Assembly: GCA_965208835.1 (NCBI GenBank)
Contig: OZ242358.1
Location: forward strand, 3,488,001 to 3,552,000
Source: Candidatus Latescibacterota bacterium
GTDB lineage: Bacteria; Latescibacterota; UBA2968; GCA-2709665
Reading direction: 5' to 3'
DNA length: 64,000 nucleotides
A program made the position numbers and the translations under genes. Shown piece after piece: positions 38,318 through 47,281 of this stretch (its first letter is position 1; every line of letters starts with the position of its first letter). The notes below the pieces were generated by a model, which ran no database searches, was not told the DNA's origin, and saw only the letters and a program-made list of their open reading frames with translations.

Positions 38318-39790
38318 CTAAATCTCTTCGAACGGATACAACGGCCGCCTTCGATGGTGGAACTCGAATTTGCGCATATCCGCCGCCGTCGCGCCGGGCG
38401 TATCCACGCGTATCAGACGCGTGCACACGGGCGCGTACGCGGCCACGGGCGAGTGTACCCCCTTGGCGACAATAACGTCGAACGTGTCCGGACGCAGGTC
38501 GCAACTGGTCATCACGCCCAGACTCACCGGAACGACCCGCCGCGAGGTCAGGCTGATGGTCAAGCCGTTGTCCGTATCCACCACCGCCGTTTGACCCATG
38601 TCGAACGCCGTCCGGCCGCCGTGGCGAATCTCGGACTCGCGGAACCGGCCGCCGTAAACGCCGCGGACCGTGACGGGTACCTCCAGTGGCGGGCCGTGCA
38701 ATTCGTCAGTCTTACCGCCCACCCGGAGCGTCACCCGGTTGCCCACGCCCGCCCCGGCCGCTTTGGAAACGGCTTCCCTGTCGTACAGGCACACGAATGC
38801 CCTGATATTCCCGCGCCCGTGCAGTTCATGCGCAAGCATCGTCCCGTCGCCCGCGGAACCGCCGCCCACGTTGTCGCCCATATCCAGCAGGCAGACGGGG
38901 CCGCCCGTATCCACCGCCATGTCGACCGCTTCCCGGATGCCGATGAACTCTCCCTTGAAGTCATCGCGAAAAGCGTGGAGATGATCAGCGAGTTCTCCGG
39001 CCACGGACTCCGCGAGGCGTGAATCTCCGTCCGTCACGGCAATCATCGCCGCGCCCATTTCGGGCACGTCGGAGTACGGGAATCCCAACACGATGCTATT
39101 GGACAAGACGTCCGGCCGGTCCAGCAGGCGATCGGCAAGATCGTACATCGGCCGGCACGGAGCGGAGCCCGTCAACTGTCGTTCAATATTGATGGCGATT
39201 GGCGGAAACGCTGCCGCCTGCGTGGGTCTGATCTCGCTCCGAAGGGTCCGCGCCATCAATCGCGCAGCCTGCAGGCCCACCTCTTTCTGGTCCAGATGCG
39301 GGTTGCTGCGATAGGCAATCGTTGCGTCGCAGGCCGCAATCATCCTCTCCGACAGATTCGCGTGAGGATCTATTGTGCAGATGATCGGCGTACCTGTGCC
39401 GACAATGCGGCGGAGCCTGGACAACCAGTAACCGTCGAGGTCCCAGTAGGCCTCCCCCTCACCTACGTTCGCCCCATGGGGCGCTACCAGCCAGCCATCC
39501 AGTTCTCCAGCGCGGTCGACCTGTTCGAACATCATCTGCATCAACGCGTTGCAGGTGTCCTTCGTAATCCGGCCGGAAGGCTCTGTACTCGCATAGAACA
39601 GTGGCACCGCTTCGATGCCCGACTCTGCCAGACCCGCGAAAAAACCGCTCACCTCGTTAAGCCCGTCTTCAAATACGTCCGCCACTTCATTTCCAATGAG
39701 AATCCGGCTCGACCGGAACATCTCCAGTGTGGTGGGCGTACCGATGAACGTATTGGACTCGTGAACCAAAGAGAGTATGCCAACGCGCAT
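38318..39790 (-). CDS. MlrC/M81 family metallopeptidase
   Basis: HESNTF, APHGA, DPHANLS, YRSNPHLD, DMGDNVGGGSAGDGT, VAKGVHSP; start ATG 39790 (upstream ORF extension comes from the repeat). Confidence 0.9.
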   Translation of the reverse strand: MRVGILSLVHESNTFIGTPTTLEMFRSSRILIGNEVADVFEDGLNEVSGFFAGLAESGIEAVPLFYASTEPSGRITKDTCNALMQMMFEQVDRAGELDGWLVAPHGANVGEGEAYWDLDGYWLSRLRRIVGTGTPIICTIDPHANLSERMIAACDATIAYRSNPHLDQKEVGLQAARLMARTLRSEIRPTQAAAFPPIAINIERQLTGSAPCRPMYDLADRLLDRPDVLSNSIVLGFPYSDVPEMGAAMIAVTDGDSRLAESVAGELADHLHAFRDDFKGEFIGIREAVDMAVDTGGPVCLLDMGDNVGGGSAGDGTMLAHELHGRGNIRAFVCLYDREAVSKAAGAGVGNRVTLRVGGKTDELHGPPLEVPVTVRGVYGGRFRESEIRHGGRTAFDMGQTAVVDTDNGLTISLTSRRVVPVSLGVMTSCDLRPDTFDVIVAKGVHSPVAAYAPVCTRLIRVDTPGATAADMRKFEFHHRRRPLYPFEEI

Positions 39791-39841
39791 ATCAGAATAT
39801 CCAGATCCAGCCAGTTGGATGTGGGCGAAATGGCGCCTTAG

Positions 39842-39987
39842 CAGCCCGTTGAAAAAGCCCATCCGGTCTGCGGCCGCCCCTTGCGGTCGAAATACTGCGT
39901 TGCGCTCCCTCGCCGACTCGCAGGATGGGACTCGGTCGCGCGCCTTGTCTTCGGACTTGCCTGCAGAGCGACTTTATCAACGGACTG
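39842..39987 (+). mobile_element. MITE-like repeat family A, copy 2
   Basis: TTAG|CAGCCCGTTGAAAAAGCCC...ACTTTATCAACGGACTG|TTAG: perfect 4-bp flanking duplication. Confidence 0.88.
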
Positions 39988-40364
39988 TTAGATGAACGCC
40001 GACTTTCAATATAGAATCCGACTTTCCTTAAATCAAATGGTTCTTCGTCCGTTTCCGACACACGAGGGAGTCGTTTATGCAATCTGTGCTAACCCGGTGA
40101 TTCAGGTCCGCTTATGCATCTGACCGCAAGATAACTTTATAAACCAGTTTATAGTATCGAAGGCATTTGAACAAAAATAACTAATGGATTCGTCTTGCCA
40201 TTGCAACGTAAATACTTTATATTGGAACCAGATACGATAAGTCCGGCTTATTGTTAAGGGTCGGTTTCGGAAACCATAACTGAGCGGACGCGCCGTGTCG
40301 CGCTTACCTTACGCTATCCGCTCAGACACGCGGCTGCCGGAGCGCATCGATTCCGGAGGGGCTG

Positions 40365-40832
40365 ATGGACCTAAAAGAAAGTATTCACACCGCACCGATC
40401 ACCCAGGTCGACCTGTCGTATTACGTCGAGACGGAACACGGCACGCGAGCGGGCGATGTCATCGAGAAGATGAAGGCGAGCCACAGGAAGTGCGCGCTAG
40501 TCATGAGACACGGCCGGCTGATCGGCATCTTCACCGAACGCGATATCATGAAGAAAGTGGCGGGCAATCCGGAAAGCGGCAACGCGCCGATCGACGACCT
40601 GATGACGCCCGGTCCTGAGACAATCGACGCGGACATGAATATCCTGGACGCAACCCGGGTGATCGCCTCGAACCGTTACCGGTACATGCCGGTGACGAAC
40701 AAAGAGGGCAAGGTCCTGGGTACACTGACGTATTATGCCATCATTAAATACATCTGCGACTATTTTCCACAGGAAATCTACAACCAGCCGCCCGTGCCGG
40801 ACGTGTTTGCAAAAGCCCGCGCCGGCGCTTAG
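40365..40832 (+). CDS. Stand-alone CBS-pair (Bateman) protein
   Basis: CALVM..GRLIGIFTERDIM, LMTPGPETI, YRYMPV...GKVLG; GGAGGGG RBS; first gene of the korAB operon. Confidence 0.9.
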   Translation: MDLKESIHTAPITQVDLSYYVETEHGTRAGDVIEKMKASHRKCALVMRHGRLIGIFTERDIMKKVAGNPESGNAPIDDLMTPGPETIDADMNILDATRVIASNRYRYMPVTNKEGKVLGTLTYYAIIKYICDYFPQEIYNQPPVPDVFAKARAGA

Positions 40833-40889
40833 CGCGGCTGGACTCCGTAATCGGATGTGCAGCCCCAGGAAAACAGGAGGTCGATACAG

Positions 40890-42764
40890 ATGGCCGAAAC
40901 AGTCGTCGAGGAAATTGACGCAAAGGCCGATTTGCTGGACGAATTGATGGAGGTCGAATCCATCGCGGTTCGGTTTGCCGGGGATTCCGGCGACGGCAGC
41001 CAGTTCGTTGGCGGTGAATTCGCCAACACGTCGGCCATTGTGGGCAACGACATCAGTACGATGCCGGACTTCCCGGCCGAAATCCGTGCGCCCGCGGGCA
41101 CATTGCCGGGAATCAGCGGGTTTCAGGTACGCATTTCAAGTGAAGACATCTACACACCCGGAGACGAGCCGCAGGTGCTCGTTGCAATGAATCCGGCCGC
41201 GCTGAAGGCCAATCTCCCGGACCTGCCGCACGGGGGTGTGGTTATCACCAATACGAACAACTTCACCCGAAACAACCTGCGCAAGGCCGGCTACGATTCC
41301 GACCCGCTGGAAGACGGTTCGCTGGAAGGTTTTCGCGTTTGCCAAGTGCCTCTGACAACCCTGCACAAGAAGGCCGTAGCCGACATCGAAGGCCTGTCCA
41401 ACCGGCAGGTCGATATGATGAAGAACTGCTTCGCCCTCGGCCTTGCATACTGGATCTTCGACCGTCCTCTGGAACCGACGATCCGCATGCTGGAAGAGAA
41501 ATTCGCCAGCCGCCCCAACGTCGTTGAAGGAAACGTAACCACCCTGAAGGCCGGATACAATTACGGGGAAACGACCGAGCAGTTTCAGTTCAGGTACAGG
41601 ATACCCAGAGCCGTGGTCGAACCCGGCACCTATCGTGCCGTTACCGGCGCCCAGGCCACCGCGATGGGATTCGTCACCGCAGCTCACAAGGCCGGCAAGA
41701 CCCTCTTCTACGGCAGCTATCCCATCACGCCTGCCAGCGTCCTGCTCGAAGCGCTGGCGGCCCTGAAGAACTTTGACGTGCGCACGTTCCAGGCCGAAGA
41801 CGAAATCGCAGCCATCGGTTCCGCCATCGGCGCCGCATTCGGGGGGGCCTTCGCCGCAACCGGTACGAGCGGGCCCGGCGTCGCGCTCAAGAGCGAGGCG
41901 ATCAACCTCGCCCTGGTTCTCGAATTGCCACTGGTGGTCGCGAACTTTCAGCGGGGCGGACCCAGTACGGGGCTTCCTACGAAAACGGAACAGTCCGACC
42001 TGCTCCAGTGCATGTTCGGCCGCAACGGCGAAAGCCCGATTCCCATTGTCGCCCCGGCCACGGCCTCCGATTGCTTCCATCTGGGTATCGAGGCCTTCCG
42101 AATCGCCGTTGAAAGCATGTCACCGGTCTTCTTCCTTTCCGACGGCTATCTCAACAACAGTTCCGAACCCTGGAAGATTCCCGATCCAAGCGAAATTGAC
42201 GCCATTGTCTTCGAACATCAAACGGATCCTGAAGATTTCCAGCCATATACGCGGAATGCGCAGACCCTTTCCCGTCCGTGGGCGCTTCCTGGAACGCCCG
42301 GTATGGAACACCGCATCGGCGGGCTGGGCAAGCAGGACGGCACCGGAAACGTCTCATACGACCCGAAAGACCACGAACACATGGTCAGGGTCAGGGCGGA
42401 AAAAGTGGCGCGAATCGCCAATCGCATTCCCCGCCAGGATGTGTACGGCCCATCGGCCGGCGATGTGCTTGTCGTCGGTTGGGGCAGCACTTTCGGCGCC
42501 ATCAGATCCGCCGTTCGCAGGGGGGTCTCCAACGGCCAGTCCGTCGCGCACGCCCACATCCGATACCTGAACCCGTTTCCGGCGAACCTCGAGAGCCTGC
42601 TTCTGCGCTACCGAAAGATCCTGGTGCCGGAAATCAACGGCGGGCAGCTTTCGCTGCTTCTGAATGCCAGGTATCCTCTGCGCGTCATCAGCTATCCCAA
42701 AGTTCAGGGGCAGCCATTCAAGATTTCCGAGATCGTGGATAAAATCCACGAATTACTGGACTAG
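40890..42764 (+). CDS. korA: 2-oxoacid:ferredoxin oxidoreductase alpha subunit (gamma-alpha fusion)
   Basis: RFAGDSGDG, FPAEIRAPAGT, GSYPITPAS, QAEDEIAA, SGPG.ALKSE, QRGGPSTGLPTKTEQSDL. Confidence 0.94.
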   Translation: MAETVVEEIDAKADLLDELMEVESIAVRFAGDSGDGSQFVGGEFANTSAIVGNDISTMPDFPAEIRAPAGTLPGISGFQVRISSEDIYTPGDEPQVLVAMNPAALKANLPDLPHGGVVITNTNNFTRNNLRKAGYDSDPLEDGSLEGFRVCQVPLTTLHKKAVADIEGLSNRQVDMMKNCFALGLAYWIFDRPLEPTIRMLEEKFASRPNVVEGNVTTLKAGYNYGETTEQFQFRYRIPRAVVEPGTYRAVTGAQATAMGFVTAAHKAGKTLFYGSYPITPASVLLEALAALKNFDVRTFQAEDEIAAIGSAIGAAFGGAFAATGTSGPGVALKSEAINLALVLELPLVVANFQRGGPSTGLPTKTEQSDLLQCMFGRNGESPIPIVAPATASDCFHLGIEAFRIAVESMSPVFFLSDGYLNNSSEPWKIPDPSEIDAIVFEHQTDPEDFQPYTRNAQTLSRPWALPGTPGMEHRIGGLGKQDGTGNVSYDPKDHEHMVRVRAEKVARIANRIPRQDVYGPSAGDVLVVGWGSTFGAIRSAVRRGVSNGQSVAHAHIRYLNPFPANLESLLLRYRKILVPEINGGQLSLLLNARYPLRVISYPKVQGQPFKISEIVDKIHELLD

Positions 42765-42924
42765 CAGCCCGTTGATAAAGCCCATCCGGGCTGCGGCCGG
42801 CTCTTGTGGCCGAATTACTGCGTTGCGCTCCCTTACCGAATCCCCAGAGTCGCTTCGGTCGCGCGCCTTGTCTACGGCCACGATAGCTCGGCCTCGCCTG
42901 CAGAGCGACTCTATCAACGGACTG
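42765..42924 (+). mobile_element. MITE-like repeat family A, copy 3 (at the korA stop codon)
   Basis: CTAG|CAGCCCGTTGATAAAG...CTCTATCAACGGACTG|TTAG; the left TAG is the korA stop. Confidence 0.85.
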
Positions 42925-42957
42925 TTAGACCGTATCCTTGAATCTGGAGAACGACCC

Positions 42958-44517
42958 ATGGCCGAAGCCGCATTGGATTCACTACAACTGACGCGTAAAG
43001 ATTTCGTATCGGACCAGGAAGTCCGCTGGTGCCCCGGATGCGGGGACTACGCCATTCTGGCACAAATGCAGAGGGTGTTGCCGGAACTCGGAATACCCCG
43101 GGAACAGATTGTCTTCATCTCCGGAATCGGTTGTTCCAGCCGGTTTCCGTATTATATGAACACGTATGGCGTGCATTCCATACATGGACGCGCGCCAACC
43201 CTCGCCTCGGGCCTGAAGGTGGCCAACCCGGACCTCCACGTGTGGGTCATCACCGGAGACGGCGACGGGCTGTCCATCGGCGGCAACCATCTGCTGCATA
43301 TCCTGCGCAGGAACGTGGACGTGAACATCATTCTCTTCAACAATCGCATCTACGGCCTCACCAAGGGGCAGTACTCGCCCACGTCGCTGCCGGGCCACAA
43401 GACCTATTCGTCACCGATGGGCTCCATAGAGCAGTCCTTCAATCCCATCTCCGTTGCCATTGGCGCCGAGGCCACGTTTGTCGCGCGGTCCGTCGACAGG
43501 AATACCAAGCACCTCGCCGAGATGCTCCGCCGGGCGGCCGCCCACAAGGGCACCTCGTTTGTCGAAGTCTATCAGAACTGCAACATCTACAACGATGGCG
43601 CGTGGTTCCACATTACCGAAGCCGATGTCAAGGACGATAATACGCTAATTCTCGAAAACGGTCAGCCGATGATATTCGGAAAGGAGCATGACAAGGGTAT
43701 CCGGATGAACGACCTGCGTCCGGAAGTCGTGCCACTCGGGAACGGCGCATCCGAAAACGATCTGCTGGTGCACGACGAATCCGCCGACCCGCCCGCGCTG
43801 GCCTACATGCTCAGCCGCATGGAATATCCCGATTTTCCGGTGCCGTTAGGCGTCCTGCGTTGCGTGGACCGGCCGGTCTACGAAGAAGAAATACTCGCAC
43901 AGGGGCGCGCGGCCGTGAATCAGCAGGGGGAAGCCGATCTGTCCGCGCTTTATCATACCGCGGATACCTGGGTCGTTTCGGAAGAGGACAGCATTCCGAC
44001 CGAGCGTGACGTCGTGGAGGAGGAAATCGAGACGGATATCCCGGATATCATACCGGGAATCGGCGGAGAGGATCCAATAGACCCGAAGGGCGAATTCGAG
44101 CGTCTGGTCATCGATCCCATCTCGACGGTAGCGCTCCATCTCCCGGAATTCATCGCGCCCGGCGCCTCGATGCTGGAAGCCATGGCGCTGATGGAGGAAA
44201 AAGAAGCTGGCTGCCTGCTGGTTTCCGAAGACGGCGTGACGCTTCAGGGTATCCTGGCCGAGGGTGACTTCTTCGTCAAAGTTGTCGGTAACGACATGGA
44301 CCTGGCAACGACTTCCGTCGAAGACGTGATGACGCCCAATCCCACGACCATGAGATTGTCTGACCCGATCGGATACGCGCTGCACCTCATGGACCTGCAC
44401 GGGTACCGGCATATACCGGTTGTCGATCACGCCGGAAGGGTCGTCAAGGTGATCTCGTTCAGGGCGGCTCTCGAGTTTTTCGCTCAACTCTATGACAATG
44501 GCGCGAACGGCAGTTGA
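42958..44517 (+). CDS. korB: 2-oxoacid:ferredoxin oxidoreductase beta subunit fused to a C-terminal CBS pair
   Basis: RWCPGCGDY, SGIGCSSR, HSIHGRA, GDGDGLSIGGNH, NN.IYGLTKGQYSPT; after ADTWVV an acidic linker, then a CBS pair (GCLLV..LQGILAEGD, VMTPNP, YRHIPVVD). Confidence 0.92.
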   Translation: MAEAALDSLQLTRKDFVSDQEVRWCPGCGDYAILAQMQRVLPELGIPREQIVFISGIGCSSRFPYYMNTYGVHSIHGRAPTLASGLKVANPDLHVWVITGDGDGLSIGGNHLLHILRRNVDVNIILFNNRIYGLTKGQYSPTSLPGHKTYSSPMGSIEQSFNPISVAIGAEATFVARSVDRNTKHLAEMLRRAAAHKGTSFVEVYQNCNIYNDGAWFHITEADVKDDNTLILENGQPMIFGKEHDKGIRMNDLRPEVVPLGNGASENDLLVHDESADPPALAYMLSRMEYPDFPVPLGVLRCVDRPVYEEEILAQGRAAVNQQGEADLSALYHTADTWVVSEEDSIPTERDVVEEEIETDIPDIIPGIGGEDPIDPKGEFERLVIDPISTVALHLPEFIAPGASMLEAMALMEEKEAGCLLVSEDGVTLQGILAEGDFFVKVVGNDMDLATTSVEDVMTPNPTTMRLSDPIGYALHLMDLHGYRHIPVVDHAGRVVKVISFRAALEFFAQLYDNGANGS

Positions 44518-44543
44518 TTCAGGCGCCCCGTCAGATTGGACTG

Positions 44544-44580
44544 AAGGAGCCCCGGACATCGGCGTCCGGGGCTCCTTTTT
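44544..44580 (+). terminator. Rho-independent terminator
   Basis: GGAGCCCCGGAC-loop-GTCCGGGGCTCC followed by TTTTT. Confidence 0.9.
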
Positions 44581-44656
44581 ACGTTGGATTCCAGTTTAAC
44601 GAACGAACCTGGCGACGGGCGGCAAGGAAATCCGCGAATGCCGCTCCTCGGGTCAC

Positions 44657-45121
44657 TCAACCGTCCGGCGGCCGATTGTATACCACCTTCGCCACCAGGT
44701 CCTGGGGAAATTCATCCATTCTTCCCGGTCCCAGACGCTCCACCTCCACCCTCCCGGTTTCTATTTTCCGCCTGAGCGCGCCGACATCCACACCCAGAAA
44801 CAGGACGGGAAACTGCTTCAACTTGAAGTATGCGTTGTTATAGTGCTTCACCGCCCCGTGATAGATCCCGCGTCGAAGCTGATGGTACGCCGCGGCAAGC
44901 TGGATCAGGCCCTGAAAGAAAATCCGGCTCGGTTCGGTATGCCTGCGCCACACCTGCTCCCAGGCCTCGTGGCTCTCCCAGTGCTCGCGGCAGTTGAAGA
45001 GCGCAACGCCTCTTTCGAAGTCCGCCCAGTCCTCAACCGACATCGCGGGTTCAACCACGTCGGCTGAATTGATGAGGTATGCCTGCTTCATCCGCGCCGA
45101 TTTCAGGTCGGAACCTCGCAC
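44657..45121 (-). CDS. DUF309 family protein
   Basis: GVALFN..EHWESHEAWEQVW, FFQGLIQLAAA.H. Confidence 0.88.
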   Translation of the reverse strand: MRGSDLKSARMKQAYLINSADVVEPAMSVEDWADFERGVALFNCREHWESHEAWEQVWRRHTEPSRIFFQGLIQLAAAYHQLRRGIYHGAVKHYNNAYFKLKQFPVLFLGVDVGALRRKIETGRVEVERLGPGRMDEFPQDLVAKVVYNRPPDG

Positions 45122-45124
45122 GCG

Positions 45125-45862
45125 CTATCCTCCCGAATGCACTTCGAGCATCGTCTCCAGCGCCGCCAGATGCGCCTGAACCCTTATATCCATCGCCATC
45201 GTCGAAGGCGTCTCCGAGGTAATCAGACGATCGGTATACGACTGTTTGAACAACACGATCGGCACACCGCCGCCAAGACGCCGCTTTTCCACCTCAAGGT
45301 TCGGAAATATCACGCCGTTCAATGCCGTTTCACCTTCGATTTCCGGTTGAGTATTCAGCGGGCAGACCCCTGAAACCTGTTTCGTAATCCGGGGTCCCGC
45401 GGGCGCGAGTCCGCGAACCTGTTCGTAGAGATAGTACCCGGGGCTCTCCCAATCTTCGTGAAGGTCCATTACCGCCGCGAACTTCCTCCCTCGAATGAAT
45501 CGCTTCAAAAGGCCGATTTCCGGTACGTCGTCACGAAGGAATGCCCAGTTGATGTCCACGTTTTGCGCATTCGACCGGGTATTGTGAACATATCCGTAGG
45601 GGTTCAGGCAGGGTATCACGAAAAACCGGAATCGATCCAGCCATTGCGCGCAGCCCGTCTCCAGAAAAGCCAGAGCCCCCTCCGTTCCCGCCGGTTCGTC
45701 GCCGTGGGTCCCGCCGTTGACGTAAATGGCCGGTAGCGCCGGATCTGTGCAAAGCGCCGCCAAAACGACCGGAAAGCCGTTTATACGGTCCAGCACTTCG
45801 ATTCGGACGCCCCACTGTGAAAGCGCCTCGGTACGCCGGACGACGTCGTTGTAGTCACGCAT
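45125..45862 (-). CDS. M14 metallopeptidase / succinylglutamate desuccinylase-like protein
   Basis: GGTHGDEPAG, PCLNPYG, DLHEDWE, ETP. Confidence 0.85.
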   Translation of the reverse strand: MRDYNDVVRRTEALSQWGVRIEVLDRINGFPVVLAALCTDPALPAIYVNGGTHGDEPAGTEGALAFLETGCAQWLDRFRFFVIPCLNPYGYVHNTRSNAQNVDINWAFLRDDVPEIGLLKRFIRGRKFAAVMDLHEDWESPGYYLYEQVRGLAPAGPRITKQVSGVCPLNTQPEIEGETALNGVIFPNLEVEKRRLGGGVPIVLFKQSYTDRLITSETPSTMAMDIRVQAHLAALETMLEVHSGG

Positions 45863-45907
45863 GAATAGTAACCCTGTGCCCCGTCCGCCAACCCGTGATC
45901 GCGCGAC

Positions 45908-47227
45908 TCAGGCGAACATCTCCCTGCCGAGCGTAATGCCATGCGCTTCGACGGGGTCTACGGTCCTTCCGACCCGAGCCAGCCGCCGGGACAACTCCGA
46001 GGCCAGAACTTCACCCATCTCCCGCGTCTTCTCGGGAAGTTCCAGCGCCAGGTTCCGCTGCTCCGAAGGATCGTTGTTAAGGTCGTACAGCTCCCGCATG
46101 GGATTGCCGTAAAAGTCCGGCTCGAGTGCGGCGATCAGCTTCCACCCGGTCTTGCACACGGCCCATTTGGCCATCCAGGTGCATTCCTGGGAAAGAAGGG
46201 GCTCCCCTTCTTCCCGATCCGATCCGCCGCGTATGAACGGGAGCAGCGAACGCCCGTCCATCCTGCGCGGGGCCGGCAGCCCGGCGCCTTCCAGCACCGT
46301 CGGAGCGATATCCGTGAGTTGAGCCAGGGACCGGATGCGGCTTCCATTGAACCCGGCCGCCGGCCACCGCACAATCAGCGGAACCCGTATATCGCTCTCG
46401 TACAATCCATGGTGATCGAAGTAGATACCGTGCTCACCCAGCTCCTCGCCGTGGTCACTGAATATGAACACCGCCGTTTCCTCCGCGATACCCAGGTCCT
46501 CAAGCGCCCCCAGCAATTCCCGGACTCCGTCGTCCACGCATCTTACCTCTGCGTCGTACTGGCTCCGTACAAATTCGATGTCGGTGATCTGCGCGCCCGC
46601 CGCATCCGGCCACTCGGACGCCATCCGCCCCAGCCAGCCGGACGTCCACCAGCTTCTCAGGGGCCGCCGGTAGAATTCGTCCAGGCTGCCCCTGTTTTCC
46701 ACTGTAGGATCGCTGGAGTAAAAAAGGTCTCTGTACCCCTTGGGAGGCATGTACGGCGTGTGGGGATCCCAATAGTGTACGAAGAGAAAGAACGGCTCGC
46801 GGTCGCGGGCATTCAGCCACTCGAAGGCCAGCTCATTGAACCGAAAGCACTCGGGATAACTTCCCGCTTCCCTCGGATTCAGGCAGACGTCGAACCCCCG
46901 GGAAAACCAGGGCTTGTGATGATCCGCGAGATTGTCCACCGCCGCCGTGGCGTAGCCGGCCCGCTGCAGGAATTCAGGCAGAAAAGGCGCGGTCTCGCCA
47001 AGGGACCAGCGTCCCCGGTGCGCTACGATCCCATGCGTGGTGGGCCACTGTCCGGTGAATATGCAGGTAAACGAGGGTTGCGTGGGTATCGACGGCGCAT
47101 AGCAGTTCTCGAACACCGCCGACCGGCGTGCAACCGCGTCGATGAATGGCGTGGTTGGCCGGTCGTATCCATAGCATCCGAGCCGGTCCGCTCGCAGGCT
47201 GTCGACGGCTATCATCAGGAAATTCAT
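45908..47227 (-). CDS. Sulfatase-like (alkaline phosphatase superfamily) hydrolase
   Basis: AVDSLRAD, PTQPSFTCIFTG, HYWDPHTPY, SDHGE, DHHGLYE, ELYDL..DPSEQRNL. Confidence 0.88.
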   Translation of the reverse strand: MNFLMIAVDSLRADRLGCYGYDRPTTPFIDAVARRSAVFENCYAPSIPTQPSFTCIFTGQWPTTHGIVAHRGRWSLGETAPFLPEFLQRAGYATAAVDNLADHHKPWFSRGFDVCLNPREAGSYPECFRFNELAFEWLNARDREPFFLFVHYWDPHTPYMPPKGYRDLFYSSDPTVENRGSLDEFYRRPLRSWWTSGWLGRMASEWPDAAGAQITDIEFVRSQYDAEVRCVDDGVRELLGALEDLGIAEETAVFIFSDHGEELGEHGIYFDHHGLYESDIRVPLIVRWPAAGFNGSRIRSLAQLTDIAPTVLEGAGLPAPRRMDGRSLLPFIRGGSDREEGEPLLSQECTWMAKWAVCKTGWKLIAALEPDFYGNPMRELYDLNNDPSEQRNLALELPEKTREMGEVLASELSRRLARVGRTVDPVEAHGITLGREMFA

Positions 47228-47281
47228 CCGCGCGCCTTCACGGTAGGTCCGGACACTCGAAGTAACCGTTGGACGTTTTTC

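Noticed and set aside
40225-40364. Hairpins in the CBS-korAB leader (CTGAGCGGA/TCCGCTCAG) as a riboswitch
   Set aside because: No recognisable aptamer consensus (TPP, FMN, SAM, c-di-AMP) and no terminator U-tract
42664-42957. N-terminal extension of korB reading through repeat copy 3 (similar extensions: mazG 56144-56734, CHR 6396-6560, mlrC 39791-39862)
   Set aside because: The extensions translate the repeat (SPLKKPIR..GPCGRNTALR); each gene has a proper RBS and ATG downstream; copy 5 has a stop in that frame and the copies shift frame, so no conserved peptide is supported
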